Below are positions 26,608 to 35,468 of a stretch of 40,916 nucleotides of DNA, in pieces. Made by a program: the position numbers and the translations under genes. The first letter of the stretch is position 1. The number at the start of each line of letters is the position of its first letter. The notes under the pieces were generated by a model that worked only from the letters and a program-made list of their open reading frames with translations, had not been told where the DNA came from and did no database searches. Origin of the DNA: a virus (Duplodnaviria; Caudoviricetes); IMG/VR virus record IMGVR_UViG_3300033150_003027, positions 1 to 40,916 of that record. One strand, 5' to 3'.

Positions 26608-27565
26608 GGCCGTGGCGTTTTACCAACCTCCGAGCATTGCCAAGGTCTGTACACCTAAATTCTGGTGCAAGGTTTTCCTCAGTTGCCGGGGCATTGATGT
26701 CAATGGGAGTAGCATTATTCGTCATTTCCTGGAAGGTGTTTTTGAATTCAACGGGATTAGCCTTGTGTAATTCGTTTGGGTCCTTGAAACCGTTACGGGC
26801 ATGAATGATGAAGGTGGAGCCAGACCATCCGATTTTTCGAAGATGAACAATCAGTTTTTCGGTAAAGATGGTTCCACCTTCATCTGGTTCCTGGTAAATG
26901 TAAATCTTTGAGAACAGTTCGATATGTTCCAGTTGAAGTTTTCCGCCCATATCGGCTCCTGGGATTCCCAGAGCCGGTATACCATGATACCACAGGGTCC
27001 AGGAATCAGATTCTCCTTCGACCAGGACCAAAGCATCTGATTTTGCCCTCATTTTCTGCAGCATCCAAAGACCATAGGGAACTGGGGAGCCTTTGCCCTC
27101 AATCCATTTTGAACCTTTTTTGGCTTTTAAGGTATATCTGAACCGCTGTCGAGGCGCAGGGGTTCCGTTCATAAGGCGGTACGTTATTTTGACCCCATGG
27201 ATACCATGCCAAATAGCCGGTATCACACCTACAGATTGGAGCAAGTCAATAGGTAAACCCTTATCAGCAGCGAGTTCGGCAAGCGTTATTCCTTCATTGT
27301 CGGGCTTTTTAGAATTTGATTTTCTTGGAAACAGGTCGGCCATTGTAAGCCCAATGGCGGCGACAATATTTTCAGTTTTGCAACCTCTGTGACATTTCAA
27401 TAGAACTCTTCCGTCTTTTCCTTCTGAGACAGAAAGGCTCTGTTCATGGTCGTCGTGGGCGGGACAGAGAGCACTGTACCCCGATCCAGTACGTTTAACA
27501 CCGTTTAGTCGTGCTAGGACCTTTTCGATAGGTTTCGATGTATCATACACTGCCAAGTCCCTCAC
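26501..27565 (-). CDS. N-terminal part of primase-helicase: CHC2-like zinc finger + TOPRIM primase
   Basis: CPAHDD...KCHRGC, LVLVEGESD, EPDEGG, KDPNEL; reads TDLGNARRL (start of D5_N) before going out of frame near 26605. Confidence 0.9.
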   Translation of the reverse strand: MRDLAVYDTSKPIEKVLARLNGVKRTGSGYSALCPAHDDHEQSLSVSEGKDGRVLLKCHRGCKTENIVAAIGLTMADLFPRKSNSKKPDNEGITLAELAADKGLPIDLLQSVGVIPAIWHGIHGVKITYRLMNGTPAPRQRFRYTLKAKKGSKWIEGKGSPVPYGLWMLQKMRAKSDALVLVEGESDSWTLWYHGIPALGIPGADMGGKLQLEHIELFSKIYIYQEPDEGGTIFTEKLIVHLRKIGWSGSTFIIHARNGFKDPNELHKANPVEFKNTFQEMTNNATPIDINAPATEENLAPEFRCTDLGNARRLVKRHGQKFDIAIPGIAGWFGTGHGGFSICQAKSIGKLRKQ

Positions 27566-27624
27566 CGCCGTTTCTCTCTCCCGTTTTGCTTCGTTTTCAT
27601 ATCTCTACCTGCTCTTTTGCCGTC

Positions 27625-27713
27625 TTTCCGCAAACTTTCGAAAGTTTGCGGTTTTGTAGGCCGTTTTGTCGCGCATTTTGCTTGGTCTAGCAGGCAAAAC
27701 GGCCTTGCGGAAA
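27625..27713. repeat. Palindrome/inverted-repeat cluster upstream of the primase gene
   Basis: Perfect 24-bp palindrome CCGCAAACTTTCGAAAGTTTGCGG (27628-27651); 11-bp inverted repeat AGGCCGTTTTG/CAAAACGGCCT (27658, 27695). Confidence 0.9.
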
Positions 27714-27736
27714 ATTTGCGAAATCACATCCCTTTC

Positions 27737-28099
27737 TTAGACACGGTACGGCTGTGAAAGGTCAAACAAGGTATCTAGGAAATCATTGATGACTTTCTCC
27801 ACAGTCACACCCGATAGCCGACTGTTCTTGGCCTTCACCATGTTGACCACAAGGTTATAGAGAAGCTTGTTGCCGCGTATGATATCGCGAAGCCTCTGAG
27901 CACTGATCTTGGAGCCTACCATCGTGGCAATAAGGTTATAGCGATTTCCTAGAGCAGAAATCATTTTTAGGCCTTCATCTATCTGGTTTAGGCCAGTGAT
28001 GAGAGCCTCACCTTTAGTCATTGAAGGCTGCTCTTGAGTCTGTTGAGCCTGCTCGGACTCTACCAACTGAACGTTCTGCTTTTCGTCCATCTCTAGCAC
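27737..28099 (-). CDS. Hypothetical protein (120 aa)
   Basis: ORF in operon orientation, overlapping the upstream stop. Confidence 0.7.
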   Translation of the reverse strand: MLEMDEKQNVQLVESEQAQQTQEQPSMTKGEALITGLNQIDEGLKMISALGNRYNLIATMVGSKISAQRLRDIIRGNKLLYNLVVNMVKAKNSRLSGVTVEKVINDFLDTLFDLSQPYRV

Positions 28100-28308
28100 T
28101 CCTTTCCCCTATTAATTGGTTCATCTAGCCTTTTAGGACGAGAATTTTTAAGCCCCGCATAAACCGCGTTGAAGCGAGAAATAGCAGCGTTAAGCTTATA
28201 AATTGCAGTATCCACAAACTCGGGAGCAGCATAATCAAATTGACACCATGCAATTTCCAAATCTCGAAAAGCATCCAACACTTCTTGATTAGCATTTGGC
28301 ATATTCAT
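28093..28308 (-). CDS. DUF2508/YaaL-like small protein
   Basis: AWCQFDYA.PEFVDTAIYKLNAA..RF pattern. Confidence 0.72.
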   Translation of the reverse strand: MNMPNANQEVLDAFRDLEIAWCQFDYAAPEFVDTAIYKLNAAISRFNAVYAGLKNSRPKRLDEPINRGKEC

Positions 28309-30446
28309 CGCTCTCCCCTCAGCCTTGCGGCCAGTCTGGAGTTTCTGGCCGTAATTTTGTTGTTGCAGATCGCCTGCTTGATTGCTCCTGGTTGGTGGAT
28401 GATAACTAAATGCTTCTTAGCACGGGTGATTGCCGTATAGAGCAAGTTTCTGGCCAACATAATCCAGTGTTGCCTTGTGAGGACCACTATGGCCACGGGA
28501 TACTCTCCGCCCTGAGATTTATGCACGGTACTGGCGAACGCTAGTTGAAGGATATCAAGAGGAGCCAGGCCTTCATCTTCGCCGAACGTTACGTATTTAT
28601 CGCCGAAGTCTACTTCCACGGAACCGTCTTTGGGGGCTACAGCGCGTACAACACCCAAGTCTCCGTTGAATACGTCGAACTGATAGTTATTCTTCACGAC
28701 CATGACTTTGTCGCCAGGAGTATATCCCCGGCCGGCACCGGGATTGAGGCTTGCGCGAATGGCTTCGTTCAACGCTTTGACTCCGGAGCTGCCCTTGTGC
28801 ATTGGGCTAAGGACATTGAAACCGAGCAACCCATATTCTTCGTAGGCTCGCTTCGCATATCTAATGGCAACGGGTAGTGCCTCTTCCGGCCGCGAAACCT
28901 GGATAACCGTTACGTCATGGTCGGAGACAAGACTTGGAACAATGCCCTGGTTTACTTGGTGGGCCAGGACAGAGATACCGGAGCCTTCTTCTTGGCGATA
29001 CACGTACTCTAGCCTGGTTACCGGCACCATGCTTGAGTCGATAGCGTCGCGGAGCACCGACCCGGGCCCAACGGAGGGCAACTGGTCAACATCACCGATC
29101 AAAACCACCTGCATTTCCTCGGTGCAAGCCGCGAACAGCGCGTTTGCGAGGCTCAAATCTGCCATCGAAAATTCATCAGCGATCAGAAGGCCTGGTGGTA
29201 ACGGATTTGTTTCGTTGATAGTAAATCCAAATTCGGGGCGATATCCCAGGAGTCGATGAATGGTTTTGGCTTCTTCGCCGGTCACTTCCGTCAGGCGCTT
29301 TGCCGCACGTCCGGTTGGGCTGCAGAGGTATACCGGGTTTTTCGGGTTCAATGCAGCATAAATGCTAACGATGGCCCTGGTTATCTCGCTCTTTCCTGTA
29401 CCTGGGCCTCCCGTGATTATGGAAAGACCCTGTTGGAGTGCCATCCGAATAGCTTCACGCTGCTTCTCGTGGTATGTGATGCCTCGTTGTCGTTCAGCCT
29501 TATTGATAAGATGCTCGAGGTTGGCAATGTCCTCCAGCTTCCTCGCCGCCAAGGTTTTCATTTTGGCAGCCAGGTTTACCTCGGCATCGAACATACCTTT
29601 GAGATAAATGTCATCTCCGTCGCGGATCAATATTCCCGCATCGATGAGCGTCTTCACTGCCTCCGCGATGGCGGGAACGCTGATATCAGTACCTAGCAGC
29701 GCAGGGACTTGCCGTACAAAGTCGTTGGGTCTCAAATAGCAATGACCGTCATTTTGTGCTTCGGAGAGGATATGTCGGACCGCGGCCCGGATTCGATACG
29801 GCGAATCTGGTGCGATGCCTACGGCTTTGGCGATACGGTCTGCAGTAATAAAACCGATCCCTTCAATCTCATCAGCTAGCCGATATGGATTATCTTTGAC
29901 GATGCTAACGGCTTCCTCGCCGTACTTCTTGCAGATTTTAGTTACGAGGGAAGGGGTTATCCCTTCCCTGCAGATGAGAGCCGATAATTCTGCGACAGTG
30001 CGATTTTCTCTGATGTGCTGCTTTATCTCTTTCTTTTGAGCACCTGTTAGGAAGTCAACAGTGTCAATAAGGTCCGGCGTTTCTTGAAGTTTGGCTAGGC
30101 AATCTTCACCGAGGACTGTGACAATTTTTGCCGCTTTAACCTTACCCACTCCATATGCGATGGATGATAGGTAGCGAATTACGCCTTTCTTGGTTGAAGG
30201 CAAGCGCAACTCTGCACTTTCAAACTGAAACTGCCGGCCGAATTTGGCATGATTCGTCCACCGCCCTTTGAATGAGTACTCGTCTCCTTCTCTCGGGTTC
30301 ACCAGAGAGCCAACTGCCGTTACTGGCTCGCCGGCGACGGAAATCTGTAACACACTCCAGCCGTTTTGTGGATTGTGAAAACGTACTGATATGATTGTGC
30401 CTTTGAGAATCTCGGTATCAGTCAATGTTTTCTGCGCCACGCTCAT
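28305..30446 (-). CDS. recD2: RecD2-like SF1B helicase
   Basis: N-terminal OB and HHH regions (H.KFGRQF, NPYRL...GIGF..AD), GGPGTGKS, DEFSM, GDVDQLPSVGPG, HKSQG, LLYTAITRAK. Confidence 0.95.
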   Translation of the reverse strand: MSVAQKTLTDTEILKGTIISVRFHNPQNGWSVLQISVAGEPVTAVGSLVNPREGDEYSFKGRWTNHAKFGRQFQFESAELRLPSTKKGVIRYLSSIAYGVGKVKAAKIVTVLGEDCLAKLQETPDLIDTVDFLTGAQKKEIKQHIRENRTVAELSALICREGITPSLVTKICKKYGEEAVSIVKDNPYRLADEIEGIGFITADRIAKAVGIAPDSPYRIRAAVRHILSEAQNDGHCYLRPNDFVRQVPALLGTDISVPAIAEAVKTLIDAGILIRDGDDIYLKGMFDAEVNLAAKMKTLAARKLEDIANLEHLINKAERQRGITYHEKQREAIRMALQQGLSIITGGPGTGKSEITRAIVSIYAALNPKNPVYLCSPTGRAAKRLTEVTGEEAKTIHRLLGYRPEFGFTINETNPLPPGLLIADEFSMADLSLANALFAACTEEMQVVLIGDVDQLPSVGPGSVLRDAIDSSMVPVTRLEYVYRQEEGSGISVLAHQVNQGIVPSLVSDHDVTVIQVSRPEEALPVAIRYAKRAYEEYGLLGFNVLSPMHKGSSGVKALNEAIRASLNPGAGRGYTPGDKVMVVKNNYQFDVFNGDLGVVRAVAPKDGSVEVDFGDKYVTFGEDEGLAPLDILQLAFASTVHKSQGGEYPVAIVVLTRQHWIMLARNLLYTAITRAKKHLVIIHQPGAIKQAICNNKITARNSRLAARLRGER

Positions 30447-30643
30447 GAGGACACCTCCCCGAGCGCTTTTCGAAACTCATAAATAGCCTCAGACATTCGT
30501 ACTTCAATTTCTAAAGGCGTTATTGGATAAATTCGAACGCCTAACTCTGTAAAGAGTCGGTTAAGATCGCGAGCCTTCTGGGCAATTTTCAGGAGAGCTT
30601 CATATTCCGACCTGGGTATGAGCACATAGTTATTCTTGTTCAT
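30443..30643 (-). CDS. Small hypothetical protein
   Basis: Coupled by 4-nt overlaps on both sides; YVLIPRSEYEALL. Confidence 0.7.
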   Translation of the reverse strand: MNKNNYVLIPRSEYEALLKIAQKARDLNRLFTELGVRIYPITPLEIEVRMSEAIYEFRKALGEVSS

Positions 30644-31788
30644 GCCACCCGCCCTCCCAGAGCCTCACGGGCCGCGGCGATCCGGCGAAGAGCCTCGTCC
30701 ACAACGTCCCGGGGCAAGTTTTCCTTGCGGGCGATGCCTTCGATAATGGCCTGGATGTCTAGAAACTTGGCTTCACCTTCCTGGGCGAGAAGCCCAAGGA
30801 ACTGCGCCATCTTGGCTTCGCGGTCCGCGGCTGCTTCGAGGTGATCGCGAGAAAGAACCTCGTGGCCGGGCCGAGCGCAAGAAAGCGGAATAAGAGTAGT
30901 GTCAATGACTGGTTCGCCAAAATTCCATATTTCGGGAGGACCCCACTCAGTTATGTCTATTTCATTGCGAGTGCCACAACGGGGGCATTTTACATAGCAG
31001 TAACCATATGAGGTTTCCTGAGCATCTTCGACAGGCAAAAGGGCTTCGCAATCCCAACAAGTAGGAGCAACTCCCGGATAAATTTCTAACAAGCAAACCT
31101 GGGGAGTTCTTTCAATTTCACCTGGATGGGCGCTAAGACGAACGATGGCGCCCGGGTTGATGGCTACAAGTTCTCCGCCTTTCGTTCTTGGAAGTCTCTT
31201 GATCCCGAATCCAAGGTGTTCATGTCCTACGATAAGCACATCAGGGCAGTCTGGGTGCTTTGCAATATCGGAAAGCAGAGTATGCTTTATTTCGAATCCC
31301 GGAGACTGTTCTAGAACCATGCCATGGGCTACATGGATGACCACTTTATTTGTTTGCTTATTCTTGATAAGGTAGTCATCTAAGCCGTTATCGGTTTTTG
31401 TGCTAAAACCGGTGCCTTCTACTAAGAATGTGTCAATCTCAATTTCATCCCTAGAAAGGTCTCTTACAAGCCCCGTTGCTACAAGATGCCCGAAGGCCGT
31501 TCTGTCAAGCGATTCCAAACTGTGCGCGTGTTCGTCGTGATTGCCTGGAACCGCCCATACCTCTTTTTTTATGTCGCACAGCAATACCTCGATCGCTGTT
31601 AAGGTCGAATACGCCGGCGATGGTGAATCAAAGATGTCCCCGGGCACAATGATGGCTTGGCAGTTTTCTCGCTCAGCGATTTCTCCTACTTCGCGCAGTT
31701 TCGCGTTTAGTGTTTCCTGGAAGTTATCGAGCCTGGCAACTGGATTCTGTGAACGATAATGCCAGTCTCCGGTTACTAGCAACCTCAT
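30640..31788 (-). CDS. sbcD: Mre11/SbcD-like metallophosphoesterase nuclease with zinc-ribbon insertion
   Basis: GDWH, GDIFD, GNHD, AHG, GHEH motifs; CWDC...CPRC insertion. Confidence 0.9.
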   Translation of the reverse strand: MRLLVTGDWHYRSQNPVARLDNFQETLNAKLREVGEIAERENCQAIIVPGDIFDSPSPAYSTLTAIEVLLCDIKKEVWAVPGNHDEHAHSLESLDRTAFGHLVATGLVRDLSRDEIEIDTFLVEGTGFSTKTDNGLDDYLIKNKQTNKVVIHVAHGMVLEQSPGFEIKHTLLSDIAKHPDCPDVLIVGHEHLGFGIKRLPRTKGGELVAINPGAIVRLSAHPGEIERTPQVCLLEIYPGVAPTCWDCEALLPVEDAQETSYGYCYVKCPRCGTRNEIDITEWGPPEIWNFGEPVIDTTLIPLSCARPGHEVLSRDHLEAAADREAKMAQFLGLLAQEGEAKFLDIQAIIEGIARKENLPRDVVDEALRRIAAAREALGGRVA

Positions 31789-32456
31789 ATTTCAGTCACC
31801 TCGCTTATGCCATTCTCGTTCTTTGTAACCTTGTAGGCACGATCACCAGCCTGGGCGAGAGTTTCGTTATGCGTCACAACGATGAACTGACGTCCCGTCT
31901 TCTGAGCGTAAGAGCGCAAGAAATAGGCAAGGTTCTCGGCATACTCGGCGGAGACCATCTTCGCGGGCTCATCGAGGATTACGGGGCCCTCGGGACGTGG
32001 ACGGCTTAATTCAAGCAAAGCTAACCTGAGCGCCAGGCTTACGATGTCAACTATTCCGCCGCCCCGGGCATCTTCGGGGTTGTTGCTGATTTCTGTATTC
32101 CCATAACGGCTGACCACGCGCCATTCCGCGCTGGGCTTTCCTGAGAGTTCCCGCATTTCGATTTTGAAGCGCAAAGAATCATCGGCCAGGACCGTCTGGA
32201 GCGCAGCCGTGACGGTTTCTTCAATACGCTCGACCAGTTGCCGGCGAGCGTAATCAGAAACTTTCGTGAGAAGTACCTGGACCTGACGCCAAACTTCGAT
32301 GTTTTTGCGAACCTGGGTTAAAGTCTTGTCTTTCTCGGCTCTCTGTCTCTTGAGCAGGGCCAGTTGGCCCCGGCCCTGCTCGTATTGCGATTTCCATGAG
32401 GAGAGCGCGAATTCGTATTTAGAGAGCGATAACGTAGCCAAAGACACCACCATCAC
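31785..32456 (-). CDS. Rad50/SbcC-like C-terminal half (coiled coil + signature + Walker B)
   Basis: ARGGG signature, VILDEP Walker B, IVVTH H-loop; no Walker A. Confidence 0.88.
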   Translation of the reverse strand: MMVVSLATLSLSKYEFALSSWKSQYEQGRGQLALLKRQRAEKDKTLTQVRKNIEVWRQVQVLLTKVSDYARRQLVERIEETVTAALQTVLADDSLRFKIEMRELSGKPSAEWRVVSRYGNTEISNNPEDARGGGIVDIVSLALRLALLELSRPRPEGPVILDEPAKMVSAEYAENLAYFLRSYAQKTGRQFIVVTHNETLAQAGDRAYKVTKNENGISEVTEI

Positions 32457-32704
32457 GCTCCCCGCGCCGGCTGAAGGAGCTTTTCAGCCTGGTTCAGTTT
32501 TTCTGCAATTTCGGCTTTCAAACGTTCAATTTCTGCGTCCAAGTTCTCAGGCTCGACACCGAGTTCACGGAGTTGGGCGTGTATCTCGGCCTCCTGCTTC
32601 TGTAGACTTTCCAATGTGGCCTCGGCACGGGCTACTTCGGTCCGGCCTCGCTCGATAAGGTTTTTCAAGTTTTGAAGCCTTACGGCATCATTATTCATAG
32701 ACAT
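32453..32704 (-). CDS. Small coiled-coil protein between the two Rad50 halves
   Basis: 83 aa heptad-rich, LRELGVEPENLDAEI; SD AAGGAGG. Confidence 0.8.
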   Translation of the reverse strand: MSMNNDAVRLQNLKNLIERGRTEVARAEATLESLQKQEAEIHAQLRELGVEPENLDAEIERLKAEIAEKLNQAEKLLQPARGA

Positions 32705-32705
32705 G

Positions 32706-34148
32706 CTAAGCAACCTCCTTGATAGTATTGAGATCTACTTGTGAACCGCAGAGCGGACATTTTCCAAGGCTTATAAGGGTATCTATATACTGCTTTCGGG
32801 CGTCTGCGAGGGCCTTTGTGTGCTGTGCAAGAGCATTCTCAACAGTAACCTTAGCTTCGCAGACAGAAGTTAGTTTGGAGGCAATCTGGCTCAACATAGC
32901 CAGTCGCTCTGAAGTGCCAGCGATTTCCTTTGTCTTCTGTATCGCAGCATCGAGGCCAGACCAGCGGACACAGACTTCTATGCCATGCTGGACCTGCTCC
33001 TCAATTGCGTCGTAGCGTACTTTGAGATCGACAAGAACCCGTAGCCGGCTGATATTTGCGGAGACCTCAGCGACGAAGTTGGAAGCTTCGGGCAATTTAG
33101 CCCAGCGCGTGAGTGTTGCATTAACTTTCGCGAGACCAGATCGGGTCGCCGCTAGCGTTTCGGCTACTGACCGTAGAATCTGAAGTCGTCCTTCTGCCGA
33201 ATCTGCTTCGGTTACGAGATGCTGGGCGACCGGTAGATTCGACCACCGCTCCAGGAGCTGGGTCCAGGCTTCATGGTTCGTGGCAATCCGGTTGAGTGCA
33301 GCTCTGTGACCGGCAAGGGCATTGGCTCTTTGAATATCCCCTTCTGCAACAACGACGCAAAACTCGGCTTCTCTGAGACTCTTCCACCTGGTCAGAACCG
33401 CCAAAGCCTGCACTCTTTGAGCATGAATGCCGGCAAGTTTCTGACTCGCATTTTCGAGCAGTCCGAGACGTTGCTGGGACTCGCGGATGGTCTGAAGCAA
33501 GGCTTCGAGGTTTGTGATCCGCTCGGCTAAGGTTGGCAAATAATCGTATTCCCTAATTTTTGCGTCCAAGACCTCGAGCTCGGAGAGCAGCCGTTTTTCT
33601 TCTTGGCTAGCGCGGAACAAGTCGGTGCCAAGAGTTTTTTGTGCTTGATCGACTTCTTCGGTGCCAGCAAGTTTTCCTAGAATTTTGGCCCGAGCAGGCC
33701 CTGACATTTGTTTTTGCCCCAAGAAAGGTCCATCAAGTTGTTCAGAAAGGTTCAAAGCCAACTCCATATCGCCGATAGCGACGTTTCTGACACCTGTTAA
33801 CTCTTGAATTTCTACTGGTACCGAGTTCCTGAAACCCTCAAGTGTTATAGGTGATGACCCGGGTTTTGCGATTCGATATCTGTTTGCTGACTTGGAACGT
33901 TCACGGACCACTTTTATCCCGTTGCTGAGTTCCAGGGCCACCGTGGCGGTATGCTTGCCTACTTTGATGAAGTCGGTACCTTGAGGCACATTATAGAAGA
34001 GCCATCGTAACCCTCGGACTATCGCAGTCTTTCCCGAATCGGTCGGCCCGACGATTATTGTCACTCCGCCCGGACCCGCCAAATTGATTTTTGTTTTTGC
34101 GTGACTCTGAAAATCCTCGATGTATATACTCTTTATAGAGGCTGACAT
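32706..34148 (-). CDS. Rad50/SbcC-like N-terminal half (Walker A, coiled coil, terminal zinc hook)
   Basis: FQSH, GPTDSGKT, Q-loop EQLD, long coil, CPLCG near the C-terminus. Confidence 0.9.
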   Translation of the reverse strand: MSASIKSIYIEDFQSHAKTKINLAGPGGVTIIVGPTDSGKTAIVRGLRWLFYNVPQGTDFIKVGKHTATVALELSNGIKVVRERSKSANRYRIAKPGSSPITLEGFRNSVPVEIQELTGVRNVAIGDMELALNLSEQLDGPFLGQKQMSGPARAKILGKLAGTEEVDQAQKTLGTDLFRASQEEKRLLSELEVLDAKIREYDYLPTLAERITNLEALLQTIRESQQRLGLLENASQKLAGIHAQRVQALAVLTRWKSLREAEFCVVVAEGDIQRANALAGHRAALNRIATNHEAWTQLLERWSNLPVAQHLVTEADSAEGRLQILRSVAETLAATRSGLAKVNATLTRWAKLPEASNFVAEVSANISRLRVLVDLKVRYDAIEEQVQHGIEVCVRWSGLDAAIQKTKEIAGTSERLAMLSQIASKLTSVCEAKVTVENALAQHTKALADARKQYIDTLISLGKCPLCGSQVDLNTIKEVA

Positions 34149-34180
34149 ACGCGCAATCTCCTTTCTGATTTTGGCCTGCG

Positions 34181-34206
34181 GCGGGGCGGGTGGCGGCCCG
34201 CCCCGC
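34181..34206. other. GC-rich hairpin without U-tract (possible mRNA stability/processing element)
   Basis: GCGGGGCGGG-TGGCGG-CCCGCCCCGC perfect 10-bp stem in the intergenic gap. Confidence 0.7.
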
Positions 34207-34220
34207 TTGGATGGTTCAGA

Positions 34221-34964
34221 TCAGAAGGGTTCGGTTTTGGAGTCTGCGTTGTCAGCCTCGTCTACGTTATAGTCTTCTGCAACAACTTCTACTGCCCTAA
34301 GCAGTGGCTTCATTTCAGCAATAAATTGCTTCAGCGCAGGAATTTTGTCTGGAGGAACATCGCCAATTTTTGTAAAGACTGCTCTGCTGAATGTAATCCC
34401 ATCAGCATTAACCGCTTTTTCCAATTTAATTTTGGTAATGACAGCCCAGTAGGGTTTCTTGGCCTTGCTTGTCAGTCTAAGCATGTAACTATTTAAATTA
34501 GCAAGACTAGTTGGTGGAAGAGCTACTACTAGGGGCAAAACTTCATTAGGCGGTAGGATGTAAACCCTGTGAAGGTTTTTGCATGCTTTTCCGCGGCCAT
34601 TTTTGTCGCTTCCCCACTGATTATAAGGACATCGCATGCAATCTCCGCCCGGGTCTCCAACACCGTGACGTCCATCCATCGCGACGCAGGCGGGGGGGTT
34701 CTTAGCGCCAGTGAACTTATCCGGCCAGTAGGCGTTTACGGGGTGCCTGTCGAGTATTACCCCGACGATTTCTGATACAGGCTTGAGATCTCCGTTCTCA
34801 TCAGTAATTTCAAAGCTAAGCCCTCCACCGGCAGGTATTCGGATCCGCTCAAACTGAACCTTAATATCGCTGAGGTTGTCTTTCATAATTTCGCGTAGTT
34901 CTGGTTGCTCTATGGCTACTATTGAGAAACTTTGGGGTTGTGCCTGTTGGATTTTAGTCGCCAT
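34221..34964 (-). CDS. Putative single-stranded DNA-binding protein (Zn-containing, acidic tail)
   Basis: C..DG...GDPGGDC..CPYNQWGS...GKACKN; C-terminus DEADNADSKTEPF is an SSB-like acidic PF tail. Confidence 0.68.
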   Translation of the reverse strand: MATKIQQAQPQSFSIVAIEQPELREIMKDNLSDIKVQFERIRIPAGGGLSFEITDENGDLKPVSEIVGVILDRHPVNAYWPDKFTGAKNPPACVAMDGRHGVGDPGGDCMRCPYNQWGSDKNGRGKACKNLHRVYILPPNEVLPLVVALPPTSLANLNSYMLRLTSKAKKPYWAVITKIKLEKAVNADGITFSRAVFTKIGDVPPDKIPALKQFIAEMKPLLRAVEVVAEDYNVDEADNADSKTEPF

Positions 34965-35468
34965 TTAAAACGCCTCCTTCGGGTTCTGTCCGTTTATTTC
35001 AAATCGACTCTTCTCAAGATCTGCCAGTTCCGAAATCACTCCCAGCTCCCCGGCGATGAGTCTGGCAACTATTCTGGCAGATTGATACTCATCGAGGAGC
35101 ATCTGAAGCGTGTCCTGCGCCTCGTAAAAGGCTGCCTCTGCTTCGGCAACTTTCCCAGCAACCTGAAGATACCGCGGGTCTGTGTTCTTTCGCCGAAGCA
35201 ATTCAGCAGATCGGGCCTCGGCATTCGAATACTTGGGTTTGCCTTTCTCATTAGTTTCAACCGAAATCGCTAGGATGAGTTCCGCCTCCAGAGTTGCCCG
35301 CTCCAACTCCGCGTCCTTCCACGCTTTTTTAGCCTGGTTGACTTCTTGCCGAGCTTCTTTAATTCGTTTTGGGTATTCCATGAGGCTGTGACGCAAATTT
35401 TCAGTGTTGTAACTGTCCAAAATTGTTCTGGCCGCTTGGTTGCCCAATTTAGTTGCTGGTAGAGCCAT
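34965..35468 (-). CDS. Helical coiled-coil protein (possibly UvsY-like recombination mediator)
   Basis: All-helical, KYSNAEARSAEL motif; SD AAGGAGG; first gene of the recombination block. Confidence 0.6.
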   Translation of the reverse strand: MALPATKLGNQAARTILDSYNTENLRHSLMEYPKRIKEARQEVNQAKKAWKDAELERATLEAELILAISVETNEKGKPKYSNAEARSAELLRRKNTDPRYLQVAGKVAEAEAAFYEAQDTLQMLLDEYQSARIVARLIAGELGVISELADLEKSRFEINGQNPKEAF

